Made by a program: the position numbers and the translations under genes. Shown one piece after another: positions 19,681 to 28,367 of a DNA stretch of 64,000 nt. Source of the DNA: Minisyncoccota bacterium. GTDB lineage: Bacteria > Patescibacteriota > Minisyncoccia > Phycocordibacterales > DSPV01. Within the stretch, counting starts at the first letter, position 1. Each line of letters starts with the position of its first letter. Location of the stretch: NCBI GenBank assembly GCA_041662545.1, contig JBAZSH010000004.1:1803-65802 (forward strand). Direction: 5' to 3'. Under the pieces are notes generated by a model. That model did no database searches and was not told where the DNA came from. It saw only the letters and a list, made by a program, of their open reading frames with translations.

Positions 19681-20214
19681 ATGTTTAGCGACCCGGAAAA
19701 AAATTTGGACCAGTTTGACTTGCAGAAGGGAATGCGGGTAGCGGACTTCGGTGCCGGCAGCGGTTTTTATGTGCTCACCGCCGCTAAATTGGTAGGCGAC
19801 AAAGGCAAGGTCTATGCGGTAGATATTCAAAAAGATTTGTTAGTCCGTTTAAAAAAAGAAGCGGCGGTAAAAAAAATCCTAAACATTGAAATTGTCTGGG
19901 GCGATCTGGAAAAAGTAGGTGGAGCAAAACTAGAAGATAATTCGGTAGATCGGGTAATTGTCTCAAATCTGTTGTTTCAAATTAATGGCAAAGAAAATCT
20001 GGCAAAAGAAGCTATGCGAATTTTAAAACCCGGGGGAAAAATTTTAGCAATTGATTGGATTGAATCTTTCGGCAACCTCGGCCCGCGAACAGAAAATGTT
20101 TTCGGCAAAGAAACAGCGCGAACGCTTTTTGAAAATGCCGGCTTCTCTTTGGAAAAAACAATTGATGCCGGCGCCCATCATTACGGTTTAATATTTTCTA
20201 AAAAGAAAAAATGA
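19681..20214 (+). CDS. class I SAM-dependent methyltransferase
   Basis: VADFGAGSGFY is SAM-binding motif I, and ILKPGGKILAI is also present. Confidence 0.7.
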   Translation: MFSDPEKNLDQFDLQKGMRVADFGAGSGFYVLTAAKLVGDKGKVYAVDIQKDLLVRLKKEAAVKKILNIEIVWGDLEKVGGAKLEDNSVDRVIVSNLLFQINGKENLAKEAMRILKPGGKILAIDWIESFGNLGPRTENVFGKETARTLFENAGFSLEKTIDAGAHHYGLIFSKKKK

Positions 20215-21470
20215 AAAATGTTTCAATCTTCCAACTAGTCTTAATCGCTGTCTTTGTAGTAGCGGCCATTGGTGGTCTGATTTTATTCGCCAGTTATAAA
20301 GGCTCTTCGTCTGGGTTAAATGTCCCCACGGCCGAAGTTTGGGGCGTGATTCCAACCACACAATTTTCCGCCATCAAAACGGCCTTTGAAAAAGACAAAA
20401 CTTTCAAAATAAATTACACGGAAAAATCATCGACGGCCTTTTACGGCGACTTGATAGAAGCGCTGGCGGCTGGCATTGGCCCCGACCTGATTATTATTCC
20501 TGAAAATCTTTTGTCTAAACTAAACTCCAAAATTTTTGAAATTCCTTTTGCTAGTATGTCCGAAAGAACTTTCCGCGACACCTTCTTGGATGAAGGTGGC
20601 TTATTCGTAACTCCCACCGGCATTACCGCTTTGCCGTTCAGTGTTGACCCACTGATTATGTATTGGAATCGCGACACTTTCGCTTCAGCCGGCCTCGCTA
20701 AACCACCGGCCGTTTGGGATGAATTCATTCAATTGGCGCAAGTTTTAACCAACAAAGATTCAAACGGTAATGTTTTCCGTAGCGCCGTCGCTTTGGGTGA
20801 ATTTGATAATATTAATAATGCCAAAGAAATTCTGTCGGCCTTATTGATCCAAATTGGAGCGCCACCTTTTGTCGCCATAAATGATAGTGCCAGCGCCAAT
20901 GCGGTTACCACTCTAAATTTTTACACTCAATTCTCTAATCCACTCGGCTTAACTTATTCTTGGAATAAAAGTTTGCCTAATTCACGCGATATGTTTTTGG
21001 CCGGTGATTTGGCGATTTATTTCGGTTTTGCTTCGGAATTGGCTAATTTAAGAACAAAAAACCCCAATCTTTATTTTGATGTTGCTGTCTTTCCCCAACC
21101 AAAAAGTGCCAAGAATTCGGTTACTTTCGGCAAACTTTACGGAGTAGCAGTTCTAAAATCTGCTCGTGATATTGCCAATTCCGTTCGTATTGCTGGACTT
21201 TTAACTTCGGCGACAGCAGGTGGAGCAATGTATCAAGCCGGCGGATTACCGCCGGTACGCCGTGATTTGCTTTCAGTAAAACCAACCGATGCCTACGGCG
21301 CGCTGTTCTACAATGCGGCGCTGATGTCGCGTGGCTGGCTTGACCCTGATTACTATTCCACCTCGTCAGCTTTCAAAGAAATGGTTGAGTCGGTCTCGTC
21401 CGGCAAAGCCCGCCCCAGCGAAGCGGTAACGAGAATGGAGCAGGAGATAGGAAAACTTATAACAAAATAA
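20211..21470 (+). CDS. membrane-anchored extracellular solute-binding-protein-like (SBP_bac_1-like) protein. It is an orphan, with no adjacent permease genes.
   Basis: It has an N-terminal TM helix. ALPFSVDPLIMYWNRDTFASAGLAKPPAVWDEF resembles the family-1 SBP motif. Confidence 0.45.
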   Translation: MKNVSIFQLVLIAVFVVAAIGGLILFASYKGSSSGLNVPTAEVWGVIPTTQFSAIKTAFEKDKTFKINYTEKSSTAFYGDLIEALAAGIGPDLIIIPENLLSKLNSKIFEIPFASMSERTFRDTFLDEGGLFVTPTGITALPFSVDPLIMYWNRDTFASAGLAKPPAVWDEFIQLAQVLTNKDSNGNVFRSAVALGEFDNINNAKEILSALLIQIGAPPFVAINDSASANAVTTLNFYTQFSNPLGLTYSWNKSLPNSRDMFLAGDLAIYFGFASELANLRTKNPNLYFDVAVFPQPKSAKNSVTFGKLYGVAVLKSARDIANSVRIAGLLTSATAGGAMYQAGGLPPVRRDLLSVKPTDAYGALFYNAALMSRGWLDPDYYSTSSAFKEMVESVSSGKARPSEAVTRMEQEIGKLITK

Positions 21471-24092
21471 ATGCGTTTTTCACTTTCCATAATTATTTTC
21501 ACTTTATTATTTATTGCCATCGCGGCGCCGTTTTCGGCCCAAGCGGTTTGGACACCAGGCGATGCAATTGTGCCCTGTGATGGGAGTGTCACACATCCTT
21601 GTGATTTCAATGCATTAATAGTTCTCACCAACAACATTATTGACTTTCTTATTTATCTTTCAGTACTGATTGCCGTGGCAATGTTCGCTTATGCCGGTTT
21701 TCTTTACCTCACTTCTGTTGGCGACACCGGCAAAATGAAAGAAGCTCACACCATTTTTACCAATGCCGCTTACGGCTTCATCTTCGTCCTCGCCGCTTGG
21801 CTAATTGTGACTTTGATTTTGAGTGCTTTGGCCTCAAGGGCGTTTTGCGAATCAGCGGCGGCTAAAATTATTATGAGTCAGGAACAGATAGATAAATGTC
21901 GGCAGGGGAGTTCACCCGATGATACTATCCCTGTTGTTCCTCCGATAGTTCCTCCAATGGTGCCACCAGTCGTACCACCCATTGTTCCACCGGGCGCATC
22001 TGTCGCCCCCATCATTTCTTCTGTTTCTGCACCCGCATCATCAATTACTACTTCTAATGCAATTATTTCTTGGACAACCAACGAAGCGTCAAATTCAATT
22101 GTTGATTATGGTTTGACCACTTCATATGGCTCACAAACTTTATTGCCTAGTGATTCAGTAACTTCTCATTATGTTTCTCTCGTTGGATTATCACCGAACA
22201 CCACTTATCATTACCGCGTTAGTTCAAGAGGCGCGACCAGTAACAATCCGATAAATTCCCCCGATTACACTTTTACCACACAACCAGCCGCCATTGTAAT
22301 TGATGAGCCACCACCATCTCGTCCACCGCCCCCACCCCCAAACACCCCTCCTATTTTCGCCTCTATAGAGGCGAAAACTGTTAATGAAAATGCCCCCTTA
22401 CTCTTTACTCTTGTAGCTACTGATGTCAATGAAGACACACTGACATATTCAGCATCTGGTATTCCAACTGGCGCTTCGTTTAATACTTCAAATAAAACTT
22501 TTTCTTGGACACCAAGCTATTCACAATCGGGAAATTACACAGTTACATTTTCGGTCAGTGATGGAAAAGATGGCACGGATTCTAAAGCGGTAGATATTGC
22601 GGTTACAAACACACTCGCACCCTGCGAGGGTATCAATCCCGACTTCGCGACTCACGCCGGTGAGCAGATTGATAGTAGAATCAGACTAGCTTCTCCGTCA
22701 ACCGGGCTTGATCTTTTTTCAGATTTTTATTCAGCCGTTGGAATGACAGGCCGTAATTTTGTTGCCTTGGCTAATAAACCTGAATCGCTGACATGGAATA
22801 ACAATTCCTGGACAAAGAAGGGGACAACGCTTGATTTTACCGGAGTAGCCGCCTGGAATGACTGGGGTGGCTCATCTAATCCCACTTATCAAGGCGCGGC
22901 CACTCTTATTACTCCCAAACATTTCGTAACCGCTACCCACATTAAATTACCAGTTGGAGCAAAAGTAACATTTATTAAGCCCAATGGCGAAACTGTTACC
23001 AGAACAGTCACTAATTTAGTAGATATACCCAACAGCGATGTGACCGTGGAAATGCTTGACAGTGCCGTTGATTCTTCCATAAGACCTTTTCAAGTTATGG
23101 ACATTGCAACATTTTGGGGGCTCTTTGATGGTATTCCAGGATCATCGGGAGTGCCAATCGCCCTGTTCCATCAACTGCGTAAAACTTCTGTACACGCCTT
23201 GGGTGTAAACTATGAAAACCCGTATGGGTTTATTCCACATAATCCGAGTTCTTCTGGGACAAGGGCAAGTTTTTATTATTCTATAGAAAATGGCGATTCT
23301 GGCCAACCGGGATTTTTAATCGTTGAAGATGAGCCAGTACTTCTTTTTGTAAATTTTGATAGGGTGAAGGGGTCAAATATTGGCTCTCGCATCACACAAA
23401 TCAATCAGGCCATAAATTCTTTGGGAAGCGGTGGTTATAGCGCCGAATTATATGCTCCGTCTTCTTGTTTTACAAAACATCCAATTACTCCCGCTATCAC
23501 TTCTATTTATACAAATATTGGTTCCATCAGTTGTCTTCAAAATGCGCCGACCTGTTCTATGGAAATATTGGGCGTCGGTTTTACGCCTCAAAATAACACG
23601 GTAAGAGTCGGAACATTAAATATCGGTAATTTCTCTTCATATAATAGTGGAACCGCGATTAAGGATATTGATATTCCAACTGATATCGTTGCCGGCGCTT
23701 ACGATGTCGTGGTTTCCAATAGTAAAGGTACATCAAATGCCAAACCATTCATAATGCTGTCTTACTCCTCAATGCCGTTTGTCGCATCGGTCTCTCCTTC
23801 TTCCGGCCCAATGGGTTCAACCATCACTCTAATAGGCGCAAACTTTTCAGAGAAACACACAAACAATATCCGATTCTCGCCTACTACCGGTTTTGAGCCC
23901 GAAATTTCTATTCAATCTAAAAATGTAACTCAAAACGGGACACGGATTACCATTACTCTTCCAAACGATCCAAACGGCGATTACCCAGTCGGTAGAATCT
24001 TTAAGATCTGGGTTGATAACAATGAATTCGGCTACAGCGACGAAAATCCGGACTACGAAAGCAATCCGGCGACATTTACGGTGGCACAATAA
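21471..24092 (+). CDS. giant secreted multidomain protein: a VirB2/TrbC-like pilin N-terminus, then proline-rich linkers, FN3, an Ig-like (PIG) domain, a trypsin-like domain and IPT/TIG domains
   Basis: The N-terminal ~120 aa are homologous to the small pilin-like paralogs at 26355, 26974 and 27455. TATH...GDSGQPGF is an S1-protease-like His/Ser motif. WTTNEASNSIVDYGLTTSYGS is an FN3 motif. Confidence 0.6.
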   Translation: MRFSLSIIIFTLLFIAIAAPFSAQAVWTPGDAIVPCDGSVTHPCDFNALIVLTNNIIDFLIYLSVLIAVAMFAYAGFLYLTSVGDTGKMKEAHTIFTNAAYGFIFVLAAWLIVTLILSALASRAFCESAAAKIIMSQEQIDKCRQGSSPDDTIPVVPPIVPPMVPPVVPPIVPPGASVAPIISSVSAPASSITTSNAIISWTTNEASNSIVDYGLTTSYGSQTLLPSDSVTSHYVSLVGLSPNTTYHYRVSSRGATSNNPINSPDYTFTTQPAAIVIDEPPPSRPPPPPPNTPPIFASIEAKTVNENAPLLFTLVATDVNEDTLTYSASGIPTGASFNTSNKTFSWTPSYSQSGNYTVTFSVSDGKDGTDSKAVDIAVTNTLAPCEGINPDFATHAGEQIDSRIRLASPSTGLDLFSDFYSAVGMTGRNFVALANKPESLTWNNNSWTKKGTTLDFTGVAAWNDWGGSSNPTYQGAATLITPKHFVTATHIKLPVGAKVTFIKPNGETVTRTVTNLVDIPNSDVTVEMLDSAVDSSIRPFQVMDIATFWGLFDGIPGSSGVPIALFHQLRKTSVHALGVNYENPYGFIPHNPSSSGTRASFYYSIENGDSGQPGFLIVEDEPVLLFVNFDRVKGSNIGSRITQINQAINSLGSGGYSAELYAPSSCFTKHPITPAITSIYTNIGSISCLQNAPTCSMEILGVGFTPQNNTVRVGTLNIGNFSSYNSGTAIKDIDIPTDIVAGAYDVVVSNSKGTSNAKPFIMLSYSSMPFVASVSPSSGPMGSTITLIGANFSEKHTNNIRFSPTTGFEPEISIQSKNVTQNGTRITITLPNDPNGDYPVGRIFKIWVDNNEFGYSDENPDYESNPATFTVAQ

Positions 24093-24160
24093 ATATTCTT
24101 ACACTTATTATTCACTATAGGAAATTATAAGTGTATAGGGAAATCTATAATCTAGAAATA

Positions 24161-24175
24161 CCAGGTCTGACCTGG
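24161..24175. repeat. intergenic REP-like singlet CCAGGTCTGACCTGG
   Basis: It has the same GGTCTGACC core. It lies downstream of the 873-aa gene. Confidence 0.5.
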
Positions 24176-24204
24176 TAAATCAAAAAATAAATAAAAATTG
24201 GCAA

Positions 24205-24233
24205 GAAAAAACCCCCGGTGTTGCCATCGGGGG
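24205..24233 (-). terminator. intrinsic terminator for the minus-strand SPFH operon
   Basis: On the minus strand the stem CCCCCG...CGGGGG is followed by a T-run. Confidence 0.6.
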
Positions 24234-24263
24234 TGTGTTTGCGACTTTATGTCGCGAAGAACT

Positions 24264-25022
24264 TTAGTCAACAGCACGAAGCCAGATTGACACCTCCTCG
24301 CCATTTGGATACCGCTCGAACCCTTGAAAAAAGGTTGGATTGGTATCAGTTGACGGCACAGGACTCAGCCACCAATTTCCTTTCTGGAACGGTAGAGACA
24401 ATTGTTCGAAAGTTCCGTCACTGTAGTAATAAACCGTCACTTGGCTCTGTGGCAAATAAACCTCAAAGTCAATGCGCGCTTTATCATGAAATGAACCACC
24501 ATAGTAGGTAATTTTTGCCCCAAATAGATTGTTCCTTTGTGTTGGGTCCAATCCTTTCACCTTATCGGACTTCAAACAACCGTATCTCCACTTCTTATCT
24601 GTCACTGATTTGGTAATAGAGACCCCAGTTGCTTTCGGCAAAATCATTTCCTTACCTGCCGACACCATTGAAACCAAAAGGCAGGTGAGTGTTAGAAGTA
24701 ATGCTACTACCCCGACTATTTGTGGTTTGGCATATTTCAACAGGATTACACTAACAACGAATCCAAGTTGAATGAACCAGAACCCGTTCGTCTTTAGCCA
24801 GTGTCCGAAAAATTCCGGAAAGCACTGCCAGATGAGAATCAAGCAAAACACTTGTCCTCCGATGGCGAGTAGCCATCCGAGGTTTCCAGTAGTATTTTTA
24901 AACCACTGTCCGGCAGTGCCATTATTGAGTCCCGGTACTTTGATTTTTGTCATCACGCCACCCATGGTTTTAAAAGCGACGATGACAATGGCCACAGCCA
25001 GTCCAATTAGTAGGATTTTCAT
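24264..25022 (-). CDS. hypothetical polytopic membrane protein, co-oriented with and 1 nt after the SPFH gene
   Basis: It has four predicted TM helices followed by a soluble C-terminal domain. It may be an NfeD-like partner. Confidence 0.45.
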   Translation of the reverse strand: MKILLIGLAVAIVIVAFKTMGGVMTKIKVPGLNNGTAGQWFKNTTGNLGWLLAIGGQVFCLILIWQCFPEFFGHWLKTNGFWFIQLGFVVSVILLKYAKPQIVGVVALLLTLTCLLVSMVSAGKEMILPKATGVSITKSVTDKKWRYGCLKSDKVKGLDPTQRNNLFGAKITYYGGSFHDKARIDFEVYLPQSQVTVYYYSDGTFEQLSLPFQKGNWWLSPVPSTDTNPTFFQGFERYPNGEEVSIWLRAVD

Positions 25023-26210
25023 TTAGTTTCCTTTCGGTGTGTTGGGTGTGGAAATTCCAACTTTTTTGGCCATTTCCATGATACCGCCAATAGAACTGTA
25101 GAGCTCACTGCCCGGTATGATGCTGTAATTGGCACTTTGCAGGGCCGTTTGTATCACTTTGAGATGAAGCGCCAGTTGACCGGCTTTTGTGCCAGTTACT
25201 TTGCGCAAAGCGTCAATACCTGCCGCTTCTGCTTTCAACAGTGCCTCTCTTGCAGCAGCGTCGCCTAAACCCTTGTCTGTTAGGTATGATTTCTCGCCAG
25301 CTCCTTCAAGTTCTCGAGCTTGTCGTGCCCCTTCCGCTGTTGTGATGGTCTGTTGTTTTTCAAGTTTTTTGGCAATAACATTTCTCAACTGTTCATTGAC
25401 TGTTTTGCCAAAATCAACATCCACCAATTGGACATTGATGACATTGACACCCCAGCTTTCTTCTGGTTCAGAATTAGGTTTTTCTCCCACCAGAATTTCA
25501 ACAGAATCCTTAAGCGAATTGTTGATTTTGCCTCGGTCGCGGATGATTAATGGGGGAGTTCTCTTTGCAAACTCAATTCCCGTTACCGTTTCGGTTGTGT
25601 CGCGCATTTGTTTAATGGCGGAATCCAATGTTCCGATATTCGTTAGAAAACGCAGATATGAACCTTTCCTTATCTGGAATCTGACGATAATACTAACTTC
25701 CGGTGTCATCCGGTTGTTTATTGGTTCATCTTTGAATGCCGTCATGTCAGCTTTGAATTCATTGTCAACTGCCTCTGGTGAAGCGGTCGGGACTCGAATT
25801 GGTTGAACCATTCCCGATCTAGTGTTTTGGTCAGTGCTTGATTTATCTACTTCTTCCGGTTCACCTGGAAATTGCCTCTGTATGACTAAGCGTGTTTCTT
25901 TTTTGAGTTCACAGATAGCAAATGGCACGAGAACCAACCCTGACTCGACTTCACATCTTGGGTCACCGAACAAGAGTATCCCGCCCAATTCTGTTGGTCC
26001 GACAATCTTGATGCTGAGTGCAGCGTATAATAACTGCACCGCGATGATTATGTAGCCTGCATTCAATTCATTACGAGGGTCGATAACAATGGCGATTCCG
26101 GCCGCGATGATCGTTGCGAGGTTAGCAATGAGAAATGTCCAGAACATTTTATTTTTCCATTCTTTTTGGGTTTTCTCATTGAACTTGCCAGCGTTTGTTA
26201 CTCCATTCAT
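25023..26210 (-). CDS. SPFH / band-7 (stomatin/prohibitin/HflKC-like) membrane protein
   Basis: It has an N-terminal TM helix. The SPFH core has a coiled-coil alanine-rich stretch TAEGARQARELEGAGEK. Confidence 0.7.
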   Translation of the reverse strand: MNGVTNAGKFNEKTQKEWKNKMFWTFLIANLATIIAAGIAIVIDPRNELNAGYIIIAVQLLYAALSIKIVGPTELGGILLFGDPRCEVESGLVLVPFAICELKKETRLVIQRQFPGEPEEVDKSSTDQNTRSGMVQPIRVPTASPEAVDNEFKADMTAFKDEPINNRMTPEVSIIVRFQIRKGSYLRFLTNIGTLDSAIKQMRDTTETVTGIEFAKRTPPLIIRDRGKINNSLKDSVEILVGEKPNSEPEESWGVNVINVQLVDVDFGKTVNEQLRNVIAKKLEKQQTITTAEGARQARELEGAGEKSYLTDKGLGDAAAREALLKAEAAGIDALRKVTGTKAGQLALHLKVIQTALQSANYSIIPGSELYSSIGGIMEMAKKVGISTPNTPKGN

Positions 26211-26354
26211 AGTTTTCCTTTTGTTCCTGTTGTTTCAGTTGTTATTTAATTGTCAACGCCATGAAAATGGCTGACAAAATCTGCCCAAGATATTAGCATA
26301 ATATTTATTAGCTGTCAAATTTGCGGTAAAAACTGGCGGTGGTAAAATATTGGT

Positions 26355-26756
26355 ATGAAGTTTTTGAAAATAAAAGGGACAACAATTTTACTTTTCTTAT
26401 TTGCTATTGTATTAATGCCAGTTTTTTCTTTTGCGGTTGATGATGTAACTATCTCCGCCACAATCGACAACCCCCTGTCAGCAGGTTCGCTATTCTGTTT
26501 TCTGAAAGATATTTTGGATGTGTTTTTGACGGTTGGAATAATTATCGCTGTTTTGTTTATGGTCTATGCCGGCTTTTTGTTCGTGACGGCGCGAGGGGCC
26601 GAAGCTCAACTCACCACTGCCAAAAAAGCATTTCTCGGTGCCGTCATCGGCACCGCTATTATTATGGGAGTGTGGGTGATTGCCCAAGCGATTGTCGGCA
26701 CTATCAATGCTATTCGCGATCCAGGTGCGGCCATCAGCATATCAACTTGTCCGTAA
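26355..26756 (+). CDS. VirB2/TrbC-like pilin-family small membrane protein (paralog 1)
   Basis: It has a signal peptide and two TM helices (IIAVLFMVYAGFLFVT...AFLGAVIGTAIIMGVWVIAQ). It is homologous to the N-terminus of the 21471 protein. Confidence 0.55.
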   Translation: MKFLKIKGTTILLFLFAIVLMPVFSFAVDDVTISATIDNPLSAGSLFCFLKDILDVFLTVGIIIAVLFMVYAGFLFVTARGAEAQLTTAKKAFLGAVIGTAIIMGVWVIAQAIVGTINAIRDPGAAISISTCP

Positions 26757-26781
26757 TATAGAAAAGAATTAAAATATAATT

Positions 26782-26964
26782 ATGAAAAAAATCAGAAAAG
26801 AAAAAAAGACCGCCAGAGACCATTTTGTAATTTTGATTAGAGAAATTCGTCTACTGCGAGAAATATTGAGGAATAACACCAAAATGATTCGTTCAGTAAT
26901 AATCCCTTTGCTTGCCAAACGCAACAAAGAAATTGATTTTCTAAAAACCCAAGTCGGTGTTTAA
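26782..26964 (+). CDS. small basic hypothetical protein
   Basis: It is a 60-aa ORF between pilin paralogs. Coding status is uncertain. Confidence 0.2.
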   Translation: MKKIRKEKKTARDHFVILIREIRLLREILRNNTKMIRSVIIPLLAKRNKEIDFLKTQVGV

Positions 26965-26973
26965 TTAAAAATA

Positions 26974-27345
26974 ATGAACCTCACCAAAAACCAAAAACTC
27001 CAAAAACTTTTCTCCATCGTCGCCCTCGCCGTCGTTCTGCTTTTGCCAATAATGTCTTATGCCGCCACTACTGATTTTAAGACATTGGTAAGTGGAATTA
27101 CTACTGGAATTCTTGCGCCACTTGTCCCTCTTATAATCGGTTTAGCAGTAATAGTATTCCTTTGGGGGGTATTAAAATTTATTACCGCCGCGGGAGACGA
27201 AAAGAAGAGAAAAGAAGGGAAAGATTTTATAATCTGGGGGTTGGTAGGTATAACGATAATGTTTTCAATTTGGGGTCTAGTAAAAATATTGACTGGTACG
27301 CTTAACTTGGACAATACCATACCAACGATTCCTCAGTTATCTTAA
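26974..27345 (+). CDS. VirB2/TrbC-like pilin-family small membrane protein (paralog 2)
   Basis: GLAVIVFLWGVLKFITAAGDEKKRKEGKDFIIWGLVGI. It is a paralog of the 27455 protein. Confidence 0.55.
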   Translation: MNLTKNQKLQKLFSIVALAVVLLLPIMSYAATTDFKTLVSGITTGILAPLVPLIIGLAVIVFLWGVLKFITAAGDEKKRKEGKDFIIWGLVGITIMFSIWGLVKILTGTLNLDNTIPTIPQLS

Positions 27346-27454
27346 GTTTTCCACAGGTAGCTTGTTGTATGGTGTTTTATCTGGTAACCTTAAATGGTGT
27401 TAAAAACCAAAGGTCGTTGAAGGTTTTTTATTAATTTTACTAAAATTATAATAA

Positions 27455-27808
27455 ATGAAATCAAAACTTATTAAAATTACTTCGCTCGCAGCTTTGGCCT
27501 TACCACTTGTCGCATCGGCAGCGATTAGTACAGTTTGGTTTACTGACGCAATAACTAGTATTCAAAATGTTCTGGATGCATTGGTACCTTTACTAATTGG
27601 TTTGGCGGTAATTGTATTTCTTTGGGGTGTGGTCAAATTCGTTACTGCCGCCGGAGACGAAGAAAAACGGAAAGAGGGCCGTGGCTTTATAATTTGGGGA
27701 TTAGTTGGTATTGCTATAATGATTGCCCTTTGGAGTCTTGTGGGTTTATTAACCGGTTGGACAGGTACTGGAGTCGTTGCACCCCCCACACCTCCTTTAC
27801 TTCCTTAG
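27455..27808 (+). CDS. VirB2/TrbC-like pilin-family small membrane protein (paralog 3)
   Basis: GLAVIVFLWGVVKFVTAAGDEEKRKEGRGFIIWGLVGI. It is about 80% identical to paralog 2 in the core. Confidence 0.55.
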   Translation: MKSKLIKITSLAALALPLVASAAISTVWFTDAITSIQNVLDALVPLLIGLAVIVFLWGVVKFVTAAGDEEKRKEGRGFIIWGLVGIAIMIALWSLVGLLTGWTGTGVVAPPTPPLLP

Positions 27809-27840
27809 TTTTTTCCCAAACCGACTCTGAAATTCAACTT

Positions 27841-27875
27841 CCGCCCCGACTTTCGTCGGGGCGGTTTGGTTTTGT
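27841..27875 (+). terminator. intrinsic terminator
   Basis: CCGCCCCGAC-tttc-GTCGGGGCGG is followed by TTTGGTTTTG. Confidence 0.7.
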
Positions 27876-27879
27876 CAAC

Positions 27880-28194
27880 GGCGAGGTTGACAGCTCAATT
27901 GATGGCGCTATGATTATTCGAGATGACTGAACCGTGAAGATGTTCTTTGCGGAAGCACCTAAAACCAAACAGGAACCAAATATGTCAGCAAAACAACTGC
28001 CCATACCCAACGGGGGTTTACCCACCGCAACAATGATTCTTGGGCGAGACCCGAGGGGACCAGTTCCAACTTGCCGAGTAGTCAGGCGATCCGACGCGAT
28101 GTCAACTTGGGAAGAGTGGCGACAAGTTCCCATTTTGGAACAAAGCAACTCAAGGCCTCGGAGAACAAAGCCAATCGGCTGACAGTTTTCGCAA
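27880..28194 (+). ncRNA. candidate structured non-coding RNA. It is a GC-rich untranslated region between two terminators, and its identity is unknown.
   Basis: About 300 nt at roughly 50% GC sit in a genome of roughly 40% GC. No ORF in the region is credible. It contains local hairpins, for example GTCAACggcgagGTTGAC, and ends at the terminator at 28195. Confidence 0.25.
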
Positions 28195-28220
28195 GTCCCG
28201 CCCTGGCGGGACTTTTTTTA
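28195..28220 (+). terminator. intrinsic terminator
   Basis: GTCCCGCC-ctg-GCGGGAC is followed by TTTTTTTA. Confidence 0.7.
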
Positions 28221-28367
28221 TTCCCCCAATGCGATATAATTACGGAAACAGCGGAAAGAACAAATTTTAAAAATTCTAGGTGGGGGCGTGCCAAATTGTG
28301 ATGTCTGCGAACAATTTGGGGTTAAGGAATTTTTAAAATTTAGTTCTTGGAGCTGTTACCCAAATCA

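Noticed and set aside
25189-25806. 205-aa plus-strand ORF antisense to the SPFH gene
   Set aside because: It lies entirely within the well-supported minus-strand SPFH/band-7 gene and has low-complexity Ser/Leu-rich composition.
27841-27864. Terminator hairpin CCGCCCCGACtttcGTCGGGGCGG, whose complement CGAAAGTCGGGGC resembles the RNase P P4 element GGAAAGUCCGGGC
   Set aside because: It is a single short match in the wrong position and orientation relative to any other RNase P conserved region. It was judged coincidental.
27934-28182. 82-aa and 76-aa plus-strand ORFs and a 104-aa minus-strand ORF inside the GC-rich inter-terminator region
   Set aside because: There is no RBS. They are mutually overlapping, with biased composition (Pro/Arg-rich), and they are bounded by terminators. 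A structured RNA explains the region better.
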